A DNA stretch of 64,000 nt from Cyanophora paradoxa CCMP329 (Eukaryota > Plantae > Glaucophyta): the NCBI GenBank assembly GCA_004431415.1, contig QPMI01000203.1, positions 1-64,000 of the forward strand, read 5' to 3'. Made by a program: the position numbers and the translations under genes. The notes beneath the pieces were generated by a model. The model searched no databases and was not told the DNA's origin. It saw only the letters and a program-made list of their open reading frames with translations. Below, in pieces: positions 47,366-59,108 of this stretch (the stretch's first letter is position 1; every line of letters starts with the position of its first letter).

Positions 47366-49578
47366 ATGAGCTCCGGAGGAACGGCCATCGAAGTCGAGGC
47401 CGGCGACGTGATCCGGCTAGTCCTCCAGTTTCTGAAAGAGTCCGGCCTGAAGGAGACCTTCCGCTCGCTTCAGGTCCGCAGCGCTGCGCTCGATTTCACG
47501 CGCTCGGGTCAGTGCCACGCAGGAGGAGAGCCAGGTGTCCCTGAACGTCGTCGACTCGATAGACAACTTTATGTCCGACATTCAGAATGGAGCGTGGGAC
47601 TCGGTTCTGAGGGAGGTGGCAAGCCTGAAGCTGCCAGAAGTGAAACTGATGGACCTGTACGAGCAGGTCGTGCTAGAGTGCGTCTTGCGGGCGAAATCAT
47701 GCACGAATTTGCGCATGCGAGTTGGCGATCTTTCTGCGCAGGATGGCAGAGCTGCGCGAGATTGACTGCGCTAGGAGCATATTGCGCCAAACTGCTCCAA
47801 TGATCATCATGAAGCAGGAGCAACCTGATCGTTATCTGAAGCTCGAACATTTATTAGCAAAGACTTTCTTCGATTCTAAAGATGTACGTTCCCCCATCTC
47901 AATTTTCATTCTTGGCCAACTGGAATACAGGTTTATATCGAGGGATACAATAAGGAAAAGCGTAGGGCGATGATCGCGCAAGGCAAGAATACTACATTGT
48001 TCGTCGCTTGACTCTTATAACGAACCTATCGCAGCACTCGCGAGCGAGATCAGTGTCGTGGCCCCTTCTCGACTGATGGCCTTGCTTGGCCATGCATTGA
48101 AGTGGCAGCAGTACCAAGGTTCTGAATCTCCTAAGTGTTTGCTTCTCGAAGATCTATGACCTCGCAACTACAGGCCTTCTTCCAGCAGGATCGAAATTCG
48201 ACTTGTTCAGAGGTCAGGCACCTGTGCAAGCAGAAGAAGATGAAACATACCCAACTAGTGAAGCTGCTATAATGAAGGTAGCCCAGTGTTTTTGGATGCA
48301 CCATTTGGTCTCGTCACTCACTCAACATATTCACAGTTTGGAAAGAAAAATCATCCGGAAACTGCAAGATTCTCCCCAGATGGTCAGTACCTTGTGTCGG
48401 GCAGTGTCGATGGCTTTGTGGAGGTCTGGGACTACGAGACTGGAAAGCTGCGCAAGGACTTAAAGTACCAAGCGCAGGTTCATCTATCGATACAGTTGGC
48501 TTTGCCCGGTTTTTGACAGTTTTTCGACAGGACGAATTTATGATGCATGAGGAGGCTGTTCTCTGTCTAACATTCAGCCGTGACAGTGAATTGCTTGCAT
48601 CTGGTTGCCAAGCAGGCAAAATCAAGGTAAGCCCCAGCCCGCTTTCTGCTTCTCACGGACTCATCTGTGTTCTTTGGGTGTCAGGTTTGGAGGATTCGCA
48701 CAGGCCAGTGTATGCGGCGCTTTGAAAAAGCTCACTCTCAAGGGGTCACATGCCTGGCTTTCACACGTGATAGCACACAATTGCTCAGTGGTTCTTTTGA
48801 CTCCACTCTCAGGTATCATATTGTCATATTCTAGTCAACCTGATCATTTTGCATTTGTCTCATCAACTGCAGGGTACACGGGCTCAAATCTGGGAAAACA
48901 CTCAAGGAATTTCGGGGTCACAAGTCATATGTGAACGACTGCTTGTTCACAAGCGATGGCTCACGCATTGCCTCTGCATCATCTGATGGGACTGTCAAGG
49001 TATCTAAACATCGTTAACCTTGCAATTCCAATTACAGCTCATTAGTCTTCTCAGGTGTGGGTAACAGCGTCATCTGAGTGCATCCACACATTCCGCCCGC
49101 CTGCACCCCAAGTCGCAACAGATGTCACAGTCACAAGTATTCATCTCAACCCTAAGAACCCTGAGCATCTCGTTGTCTGCAACAGGTCTAGCTCCGTTTT
49201 CATCATGACCATGCAAGGACAGGTGCTGGAATAGAATCGCCTAGGCATGGCATGTGCTGAAAGAGTCGGGCAGGTTGTTCGTACTTTCTCGTCTGGGAAG
49301 GCACAAGGCGGAGAATTCATTTCCTGCTGTGTTTCGCCTCGAGGAGACTGGATTTATTGTGTCAGCGAAGACTCGACATTGTACTGTTTCTCAGTAGGCT
49401 CTGGAAAGCTCGAGCACATGATGAAGGTTTGATCGCTCTTTCCCGACATTGCATATTTGTCTCATTTCGATTCACACAGCTGCACGAGAAGGAGACCATC
49501 GGCATCACACATCATTACCGGAGAAATATCCTAGCCAGTTTTAGCACAGAGGGTGTCATGAAAGTCTGGAAGAGTTAA
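47366..49578 (+). CDS. SMU1: WD40 spliceosomal protein SMU1, multi-exon
   Basis: [93 protein letters not shown]. Confidence 0.95.
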
Positions 49579-49667
49579 ATCTTTCAGGTGGAAGCATTTG
49601 GACTCGAACAAATTAAAGTGTGGGATGCACACCTGCCTCGGCTAGCTAGCATAGCCTAGAAGCGTCT

Positions 49668-50096
49668 TGCGTTCAGCGTAGACAGAGCTAGCTAGCTAGC
49701 TGTGAACTACGCCTGTCTGGGTTACACGTAGGAAGGTGCGGCCCTCGCCGTTGCCGGCCCGGCCGTTCCCCCCGAGACCCGTAAGGGGAGTAACGCTCCA
49801 CCCCCGCACAGCCTAAGCCGCGCGCGTGTCGTGTGCAGCATCGCATCGTCGTTCTTGGGCGGTGGGAGTTCCTGCAGGCCCGGCGGGGCCGGGACCCGTC
49901 GGTAGCCTGCGGGGCCCGGCGGCCGATGCGGCGCACGCGCGGAGGGGGGTCAGATCGAAATTGAAGCGCCCTGAAATCGAAATCGAATTTTGAAGGCACG
50001 CACTCGGGGAACTTCGGAAAGCGCGAAAGCGCGATCCCTCCCTGGTCGATTCTGCAGGGCGGCGGAAGCGCGCAGAGGGGGGTCAGGCAGCGCACG
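49668..50096 (+). repeat. Repeat family A, copy 3
   Basis: Highly similar to 32554-32963. Confidence 0.92.
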
Positions 50097-50189
50097 TCCA
50101 ACTTTCAAAGTTTCGTCCAACTCGTCCAACTTTCGGCCTGCACGGCGTGAGAATTAGCTGTTTGGAGTGAGAGATTCGATTCGAGCGTC

Positions 50190-50450
50190 TTGTAGCTTAG
50201 CTACATATAGTGTCCGCGGGAAGGCGCATTACTCTCCTTTAATAATGTACATGTAGGGGGCCACGCAGGGCTCGGCTGGCCGGCCAGCTTGCGCATGCTG
50301 GCGGGCTATACTAGATGATAGGCTTAAGCTTGCGGCGACAGTGGCCGCGGCCGCAGTGTACCGGCCGTACTACGGTAGTAGTACATTTATACCGTAGCTA
50401 TATAGTACATCAAGTGTGCCGCAGTGCATGCCGCAGTGCACTAGTACTGC
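50190..50450 (-). repeat. Repeat family B, copy 3 (heavily eroded)
   Basis: agtgtccgcgggaaggcgcattactctcctt..agggggccacgcaggg..ggccgcagtgta matches 35460-35562, interrupted by short insertions. Confidence 0.8.
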
Positions 50451-50808
50451 GGCACGTTAACGTTTCATTTAAACGCGTAGAATTCGAATTTCGAAGCTTA
50501 TAAGCGGAGTTGACGTCGACGGGCCAAGTACGCCGTGAGACGTATATAATACGTACGTATACTATGATACGTATACACGAGTAGCTTTTCCAATACTAAA
50601 AACGAATACCGTAGTACCCGGCCCCAAGCTGCCGATTCTGCGCCAATTTGACGTCGGCGCCGACTAGTACTCTGGTGAATTCGAAGCGTGCGCATGCGTA
50701 TTGGATGTGCACGCAGTGCGCCGACGTCGCGCTCACAATCCTTCCACGCGCACGTAGTCCGTATACGGGCCGGCGCGCGCATAAGCTTTCAAGGCGTCGA
50801 CGTACGAG

Positions 50809-52105
50809 ATGGCTTCGTGGTCGGCGTTGGAGTCTTCCATCCACGCTATCCGGGCCGTCGTCCCGAAGGCGAGTGCGAGGGAGAACATGCGTCCACGTAT
50901 GCGGACTAACCTGCGGCGCAGCTCACGCAGAGTATGCACAAAGGCCAAGCGGGGCGCATCGGCGTCGTCGGGGGTTGTTTCGAATACACTGGCGGTGCGT
51001 CAGAACTGCGCTTTTATCACACGAGCTGAGAGTTTCGAACGCAGCTCCGTATTTTGCGGCAATCAGTGCCCTGAAACTGGTACAAGCTTTCACTGCCAAC
51101 TGCTGATCACAAATTCACATTTTCGAAGGGCGCCGATTTGTCACATATCTTCTGCACCCCCGGAGCAGCGACAGCAATTAAAAGCTACTCTCCTGAGCTC
51201 ATCGTCCACCCTGTGCTTCCAGAGCGCCCTACAGGGAGCGCGGTCGGGTGCGCTGTGCTCTCAAAATGCTCCTGCTGCTGTTCTCATATTGCTTGTCAGA
51301 TCGTCAGAGCTGGCAAAGAATGCTGCGGTTTCTGTAGGGGAGTGGCTGCAAAGGCTGCATGTCCTTGTCATCGGACCGGGGCTTGGCAGGGATCCTCTCG
51401 TCCAAGAAACAGCATTCTCTGTTCTGCAGCAAGCCCGTGATATGTCAGTGCGTGGGTTTCGTTTTACTAAAGCGTCGTCACACATCTTTGACGTGACGTC
51501 AGCTGCCCGTGATTCTCGATGGAGATGGGCTTGCTCTTGCCGCTGCAAGACCATCGTGTATCGAAGGATACAATCTGGCAGTGCTCACTCCCAATGTTGT
51601 AGAATTCAAACGGCTTGTGGGAGCGGTCTTTCCTCAGTGGAGCTCAGCAGATCATCCCTCGTGTCAGGAAGTATCGAAGAGGTGAGCCCTCTTTGCCAGG
51701 CCTCTGCATGTCTCTGACTATCGATCATCCGGTAGGCTTGGGAATGTGACAATTGTTCAGAAGGGCGCAACCGACATAATTTCGGATGGATTATTTCAGT
51801 TAGAGTGTTCCACAGGCAGCAGTCCGCGAAGATGCGGCGGACAAGGAGACGTCCTTGCTGGCTCCATAGCTGTATTCATATCTTGGGCCCGAGAGTGCGA
51901 GTCTCGGAACCCTGGTAGTGTAGGGGTCAACTTCGAAGGCGTCCCTGTGTCCAGCCTCGTTTTTGCTGCTTACAGTGGTTGCTTCTTCACTCGCTTTCTG
52001 TCACAGGCTGCTTTTAGCAAGCATGATCGATCCATGACCACCACGGATCTGATAGCCGAGATTCCCACAGTGGTAAAACAGCTTTTCCCCGCTGCTGGGG
52101 GATAG
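50809..52105 (+). CDS. NAXD: ATP-dependent (S)-NAD(P)H-hydrate dehydratase, multi-exon
   Basis: [19 protein letters not shown]|[12 protein letters not shown]|[53 protein letters not shown]. Confidence 0.94.
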
Positions 52106-52150
52106 CGAAAAGTATGTATTTCTTCATCTGTGAACACAGAAAAATGCAGT

Positions 52151-52885
52151 TTACCCCTCTTTAGACGTGAGGACAAGAAGTCCAAGGAGGCCAATGAGAA
52201 CATATTTGACAGCCGGGTAGTCGTTCATAATAATCGTCACCATGCCTACGTATGGCAAGTATCTGCGTAGCGTATCTCGAATTGCAACAAGTAACTGGAA
52301 ATGAAGAATCTATTTACCCTCTCGCAGTCCCAATGATGTCGTCTTGGCTAAGCCACATCTGATTTGGAAGGTAAATCCCTCCAAATCGGTCGTCGAAGGC
52401 GTTGTTGTCACCCTTGGTCAAATAGTGCTTCGCACCACCCACCCTGGCGTAGAGATGAGGGGAAAGTGGAGGTTCAGAACGGAAGGATCTTACTTTTCGT
52501 GAACTTCTATTATCCTGTGCACAATCGGGATGTCACGACCGCGGATTCGGAATACGACGATGTCGCCGGCGGAGCACGTAGCACCCATGTAGAGGAAAAG
52601 AATGTCTCCACGCTTGAAGCCAGGCTCCATGCTCCCACTGCGCAGCTCTCACCTCGACGCGGGCGTGTGGCGTACGTATGCGCACCTGAGCACGACGACG
52701 ATTGGACTTTCGCTTTGCGTAATGACCATGAGGGACTTCCAGATCATCAGCGCTGCAGACACCCTCAGAAATGTCACAGCGAGGCCGGCGAGCGGCGCAC
52801 CCGACGTCACAATTAGTGCTAGGTTGATTACTTGATGCGCCAGCTGCCGCTTTGGCATGCTGAACAGCGTCTGTATTTCCAACAT
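52151..52885 (-). CDS. SEC11: Signal peptidase complex catalytic subunit SEC11, multi-exon
   Basis: [22 protein letters not shown]|[46 protein letters not shown]; TAA at 52151-52153. Confidence 0.95.
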
Positions 52886-53366
52886 CCTCAGGCGCTTCCT
52901 TCCAGGCACTGGCGCGTGCGCGTCTCGCGCCGGAGAACGTGCAAGCGCGCCCGGTGCTCAGCTGCAGTGGCACCCGCTTGTCGCTTCTCGTCCGCGCCGG
53001 CCGTCGCCGGCGCGCTCCCACGACGATCTCGCGCGGCTGCGGGGCCCTTCCGACTTCCTTCGCCGCGTAATGCTGTTCGCCGAACCGATGCTTCAATTGC
53101 CTTGGACAACGCGGGCACCGCGGCCGGCAACTGGCGGAGGCTTGACGGCTGGACGGCTAGCCGAGGGTACACTCGTTCTGTGTGATTCTTGTCCCCCGTC
53201 GCCTCGCCGGCAGCGTAGGCAGCTTGCCCCGCCCACCCAGCAGAGGTGAGCTAGATGCATGTGCAGACGCGCATCATTCCGGCATCGCGGCGTGGGCGCC
53301 CGTGCGAACGTCCACATCCGGCGCGCTCTGACGCCTTCCGTTGCAGACTCTGTTGAGCGGGAGGAA

Positions 53367-54944
53367 ATGGACGCCTCCCAGTCCGCCTTCGTTCCGGTGT
53401 TGCTCGCCCCGGTGGCCCCGCAGCCGCAGATCGCCATTCAGAACCGGCTTTCGGCGAGCGCTCGGCCCTTCAGCAAAGCTTCCACGTCTTCTAAGGCACC
53501 TCGTGCGCGGCGCTTCCTCACTGGAGCGAGCGAGCACTTCTTCTCCGGCTCCAGCGCGCTCAAGCTCAGCACGGCCCCTCACGCCGCGCGCCTCATCCGC
53601 AATGCAGAGGTTCGATGCGATGAGCTACACCGGGAAGTTCACCCTGACCAAGGTCGCTCCTTGTCCACCGCACGCAGATCCGTGCCGAGGCACCGGAAGG
53701 AGCGGCCGTCTCTGCGCCCGCACGGACGGGCACGGGTGCGTCGAGCAGCCCCATCTGGACCCCCGACAGCTGGCGCACGAAGCCAATCAAACAGCACCCG
53801 ACGTACGGCGACAAGGCTTCCCTTGAGGAAGTCGAGAGCAAGCTGCGCAACTCGCCGCCGCTCGTTTTCACCGGGGAGGTGCACTAGAATCTTTTTGCAA
53901 CCGAAAATTCCGGCGGCGTGTGAACGTTTTAGACTTGCAGGTCCGTCGCCTACAAGATCTCCTGGCGCGCGCCTCCGCGGGGAAGGCATTCCTTCTGCAG
54001 GGCGGAGACTGCGCCGAGTCTTTCACCGAGTTCCACCCGTGCGTCGTGCTATGGACTCGATCCTTTTTCGCCGTTCTTCGAATCGAGGCCGTCGTGCAGG
54101 GATAACATTCGCGACACCTTCCAAGTCCTGATTCAGATGACGATGGTCCTTATGTACGGTCTTCGGGTAACGGGCATCCTGCTTGCGGCGATTTAGAGCC
54201 GCCTTGATGCGCAAGCAGGTCCCCATCATCAAGGTCGGTCGCATGGCGGGCCAGTTCGCTAAGCCTCGCTCCAGTGACATGGAGAAGCGCGGCGACATGG
54301 AATTGCCGAGGTAAAGCATTCTGCTTTTTATTACAGACGAAGAATTACCGAAACGCGCTCCAGCTACCGTGGCGACATGATCAACGGCCCGGAGTTCACC
54401 TCCGAGGCCCGCATCCCCAACCCCGACCGCATGCTGCAGTGCTACCAGCAGGCAAGCGATTGGGCCTTTGTGTACGGTCGCGCTGTTCGCTCACGGATCG
54501 CCGCGCAGAGCACAGCTACGCTCAATATGCTTCGCGCCCTCGCTCAAGGTGCGTCTCTGCCGGTCGCGTGTTGGGGAGAACGGCCGGCGGCCTTACGGGC
54601 GGCGCAGGCGGCTACGTGGACCTGCGGCGTGTGCACGAGTTCAGTCTGGACTTTGTGCGGTCGGCGCCGCAGGCGCAGCGCTACGGGGACGTGGCAGACC
54701 GGATCGACGGGGCGCTGGCGTTCATGGAGGCGTGCGGGATCGATAGCGACAACCCGCAGTTCCGGCAGGCGGAGTACTTTGTCTCCCACGAGGCGCTCCT
54801 CCTCAACTACGAGGAGGCGCTCGTGCGCCAGGACAAGCAGACCGGCGAGTACTTCGCCACCTCCGGCCACTTCCTCTGGATCGGTGACCGCACTCGCCAG
54901 GTCCGACCCCTCCCCTTTTATCTGTCCTATTTCCCGGCTCTTCC

Positions 54945-54979
<35 letters not shown>

Positions 54980-55858
54980 TCCTCAACCACCCAAAGGGGG
55001 TTCAAGGAATATTTCCTTTGTCATTTATGTTCCATCCCCAACCCCCCCATCGCCGCGCCCTTCCAGTTTCCAGCCTTTAACGACCGCGCTCTTTGCAGCC
55101 GGAGGGGGCGCACATTGAGTTCATGCGGGGCATCTCGAACCCGATCGGGATCAAGGTGGGCCCCTCGATGGACCCCGACGAGCTGCTGCGGCTGCTGGAC
55201 ATCCTGAACCCCGACGACATCCCCGGCCGCATCACTATCATCACCCGCAACGGCGCCCATCTCGTCGACGAGAAGCTGCCGCCCATCATGCGGTGCCCGC
55301 CGCCCCTCCCGCTGCCCTGCCTGCCGAGCGTTGACGCCCCGGGCAGTGCGATCGCGCGTAGCGGGAGGACAGTGACCTGGTCGTGCGACCCCATGCACGG
55401 GAACACCATCACCTCGAAGGTTTGCGCGGGCCCTGCTATCCGCCCGGCGCGGGCCAATGGCGCGGGCGCGCAGACCGGGTTCAAGACGCGTCGCTTCGAT
55501 GCCGTCCTCAGCGAAGTCCGCTCCTTCTTCGAGGTCCGCTGCCCCGCCCCGTCAGCGCGCGCGGCGGCCGACGCGCGGCGGCAGATCGCTAAATCGGAGG
55601 GCGTCATCCCTGGTGGCATCCACCTCGAGATGACCGGGCAGAACGTGACCGAGTGCACGGGCGGCGCCAGCCAGGTCACGGAGGAGACCCTCGCCGACTG
55701 CTACGTTACCGCCTGCGACCCGCGCATGAATGCCTCCCAGGTGCCGCCGGCCCTGCCCCTATTCCCGCTGCCCGCATCGAACCCCTCCGCAGGCCCTCGA
55801 GCTGGCCTTCCTCATAGCCGAGCAGGCGTCCGGCCGCTGCTCCCTCCCCCTGAACTAG
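53367..55858 (+). CDS. Class II DAHP synthase with transit-peptide-like N-terminus, multi-exon
   Basis: [107 protein letters not shown]|ALELAF. Confidence 0.95.
54947..54977. repeat. ~30-nt poly(C) run inside an unusually long (~198 nt) DAHP synthase intron
   Basis: Uninterrupted C homopolymer within intron 54901-55098. Confidence 0.85.
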
Positions 55859-56037
55859 GACTGCCCCACACAATTCGTTTTCTTAGTTATGACTGCCACC
55901 CACAGAGCTCCTTGTATGCCAACGATGCGAAACTTTTTTTGATTTCGTTTGGTTCTCCTACCATAACGCTATCACCCGGCGTTCGTTACTCGTACGCTGC
56001 TCCCATGTTTTATGGAAGGGCCTTGCCGCCCGTGCTA

Positions 56038-56700
56038 GGAGCTCGCCGCCCCGCCTCGACTATCAGTAGTCCTCCATCGCCGAGGGACCGGCATCGTCGC
56101 GCCTCCTCTTCGGGCCCCTGCAGAGACCGAGCCCCATGAGCGTGGGCCAGCAGGGAGAACGCGGGGCGCTGCGCACTCGTCCCACGACTCGGCTTTCCTC
56201 CGGTTGGGGGCGCTCGCCGCCGGCCGGTAGAAGAATGACGCCCCGGTCACCTGGCAGACGTACTCGCCGTTCGGCAGCAGTGTCTGAGCGCCGTCAGCAC
56301 GCGCGATACGAGTGCGGGGCGAGCGCGAGCATTCACCTTGCAGCCGCTGGCAACGTCGCACACGTGCACGGCTCCAGTAGCCACCTCGCGCCACACTGAG
56401 CGAGAAGCCAGTCAGCCCTCGCTGCCAGGATCTGCGCGCTTGCATGCGCGGACCGTTCCCGAAGACTTTCAGGTAGCCCGACGGGGCATCGCCGAGAGAC
56501 GAGCTGCTGCTCCCGCTGCACGAGCGGGAAAGCACGCTGCAAGTGCCAGCAACCGTCGGGTGGGAATTGCGCGCTTGCATCGCTGATCGGCGAGTGGAGC
56601 GAAAGCTAGCTAGGGCCTCTGCGTGCGCCCGGGAACCGCCGCTCTTCGATCTCCCCGATGCTGGGCTCGGCTGAGGCGAGACGAAGACTTTTCCGACCGA
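56038..56700 (-). CDS. Small multi-exon protein with H-x-C-D..C..VC..TG metal-binding motif; boundaries uncertain
   Basis: Spliced [19 protein letters not shown]|[19 protein letters not shown], conserved in the duplicate at 10.4-11.0 kb. Confidence 0.5.
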
Positions 56701-56994
56701 GGATCTCTGGTGTGCGACAGATGTCTTGTCACGTCGGGCGGGAACCGTGCCTGGACCGCTCTTTGGGTCGAACGATGCTGGGGCCTTCGCCGAGTGCGAG
56801 AGGCTTCTCTTAGGGCTGGGGGCGTCGAGAGGAGCGAGCTGGGTCGAACTGCCGGGGTACCGAGTGCTGACGACCCGTTCGGGGTAGCACGGCAGCGCCG
56901 CAGCTTTGCAGGGGCAAGCGATCGTTCCTGTGCCCTGATTCGAGCGCCTTCAGGGGTCGCATCGTCCGCGTGACCGTGCGCGACGAGTTCTGGC

Positions 56995-58739
56995 ATGGCG
57001 GACGAGGAAGCTCGCCTAGCTGCATGGAGGAAGCAGCTAGAACAGGAGGAAGACGATGACATATTCGCGGACCCCTCGCCTGGCTACGCCGCGGCGTACG
57101 CATCAGCGCCGGACGTCGACGACGAGTCTAGCGACGACGATGCCCCACCAGCGTCAGCCCACGGCCAGCGTGGGCGAGGTGCAGGAGCGGGACAGCGCAG
57201 CCCAGAGAGCGCGCCCTCCAAAGGGGCGAGCTCGCATATGGACCCTCGGGTGCGCCGCAGGCCGCCCCACGTTGTCAGCAAAGGGTCAATCGTGCATGCA
57301 GGATGCAAAGATAATATCTCTGTCGAAGAAGAACAGGAACCTTGTAATGGCGCTTGGCAAGGAGCGGGCAAACATTGCAAAGCTGGCGCAGGAGGTGTTC
57401 TTGCTCGCCCTGGGACGCCCACGCCTCCTAATCACTCCCCGACACGCAGGTGCAAGTCTTGAAGCAACGCCTAAAATCCTCGGAGGCGGGAGCGAGCAGA
57501 GAGGATGGCGGCGCAAGGACTGGGGAGGACGGTGGGCGGGACGGGCGCCTGGCGGAGGAGGCGAGGGAGCTGCGCGAGAAGTACGCGGGGGCAAACACAA
57601 AGCTGAACGAAATGCGGGTGGCTCAGCAGCAACTGCGCGAGGAGCTGCGCCGCACGCAACGCGCGCTGCAGCGCGAGGTCGGCGACGACGTGCCCCTCCA
57701 GAAGGTCATCGACGAGGGCTCCTCCTGGCGCGGCCGCGCGCAGGAGATATCTCTCTTGAAGACCAAGGTGCACGTGCTGCCACTCCTGCTTCTCGCCTTC
57801 CCGACAGGGACGCAGGTGAAAGAGCTGAAGCGGCAGCTGGAGCAGGCCGAGGCGGGCAGCCCGCGGTCGCCGTCGGGGGAGGGCGCCAGCGGGACGGGCG
57901 CTGTGCGGGCGGGCACCTCGAAGCGTTCGTTTGACGACGTGCACCGGGCGGACCTGGACAGGCGCGAGGCGGACCGGCGCGCGGAGCAGGAGCGTCTGCT
58001 TCTCGAGGGCCGCGCTGCTGCAGAGGAGAACAGCGCGCTGCGGAAGCGGGGGGAGGCCTCCGCCGCCCGCATCAAGGCCCTCGAGAACGAGGTCAAGGCC
58101 CTGAAGCAGAAGGTACTGCGCCCAGCGCCCTGTGCGCGTCGCCTGCCTCCTGAATAAGATTTGTGACCTGCGAGGGCAGCTGCTGGTGGTGCTGGACAAA
58201 ACGGCGAACGACGACCGCCTGATCGCGACGCTAAAGGCCGAGCTAGAGGGCGCGCGGGGGGGAGGCGCCACCGGATCGTCGCAGCCCCGCCGCCCTCGAG
58301 GCTCCTCGTCTCGCGGCACGCCCGACGCAGAGCTCGACTCGCTGCGCAAGGTCCGTGTGACTGGCGGAGTTTCTGACCACAGCCGACGCTGGCGGGCGGG
58401 TTGGCAGGTGGCGAGAGAACAGGAGGCGCAGCTGGATCGACAGGAGCAGGTCCGCCTTGAGCCCGTGAAGCTGGCGGCGTGCTCTGCCGCGTGTCACTGA
58501 TGAGCTAGCAGATCATTCTCTCGCTGCGCGACCAGCTGCAGCGGGCGATGGAGCGCCTGCGCGAAAAGGGGCAGGGGGGCGGCGTAGGCTCGTCCGGCAC
58601 TCGCCCCGAAAGCGCCATGCGCTCCATGCAGGTGCTTCAGGACGCAAACGCCGCAATTCACCCCGCTCACCCTCCTGCGCAGGTCGAGAATGAGCGCCTG
58701 GTGCCCTCTCCGTCCCAGGCCGCCTCCGGCGCCCCGTAA
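56995..58739 (+). CDS. CCDC13: Coiled-coil domain-containing protein 13-like (centriolar satellite), multi-exon
   Basis: DAKIISLSKKNRNL, ALQREVGDDV..SSWRGRAQEISLLKTK, RIKALENEV, LDKTANDDRLIATL. Confidence 0.82.
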
Positions 58740-59108
58740 CGCAGTCGCAGCGGGAGCTTGTCGACGTTCTCCAATCGCGACTCCGCTTTGATTCGTCGCC
58801 GGGCTCGCCGGACAGAGCAGTGTCGCGGGAGAGCCGGGGGAGGTGCCCTGCATCTCGTTGTTGGTGCACGTGCCCTCGCCGTCTGAACTTCATACGTGCC
58901 GCAGGAGGAACTCTTAGCCTCAGTCCGTGCTTTTTTGTATGCACAACTCTAGCCCGAGTTGTCTTATGTCATAGTATCCCAGAAAACATGAGAGAAGCCC
59001 CATCGGCCACGTCGCAATCCCGATGTGTGTGTGTCGATGGGGCCGGTTTGGGAAGCACAATCGGCTACGGTCTGTGTGGGCCTAGCTACGGTGCGGGCGC
59101 GGGGCCGC

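Noticed and set aside
54947-54977. Poly(C) run as a polyproline coding segment or telomere
   Set aside because: It lies in an intron between DRTRQ and PEGAH; homopolymer length may also be a sequencing artefact.
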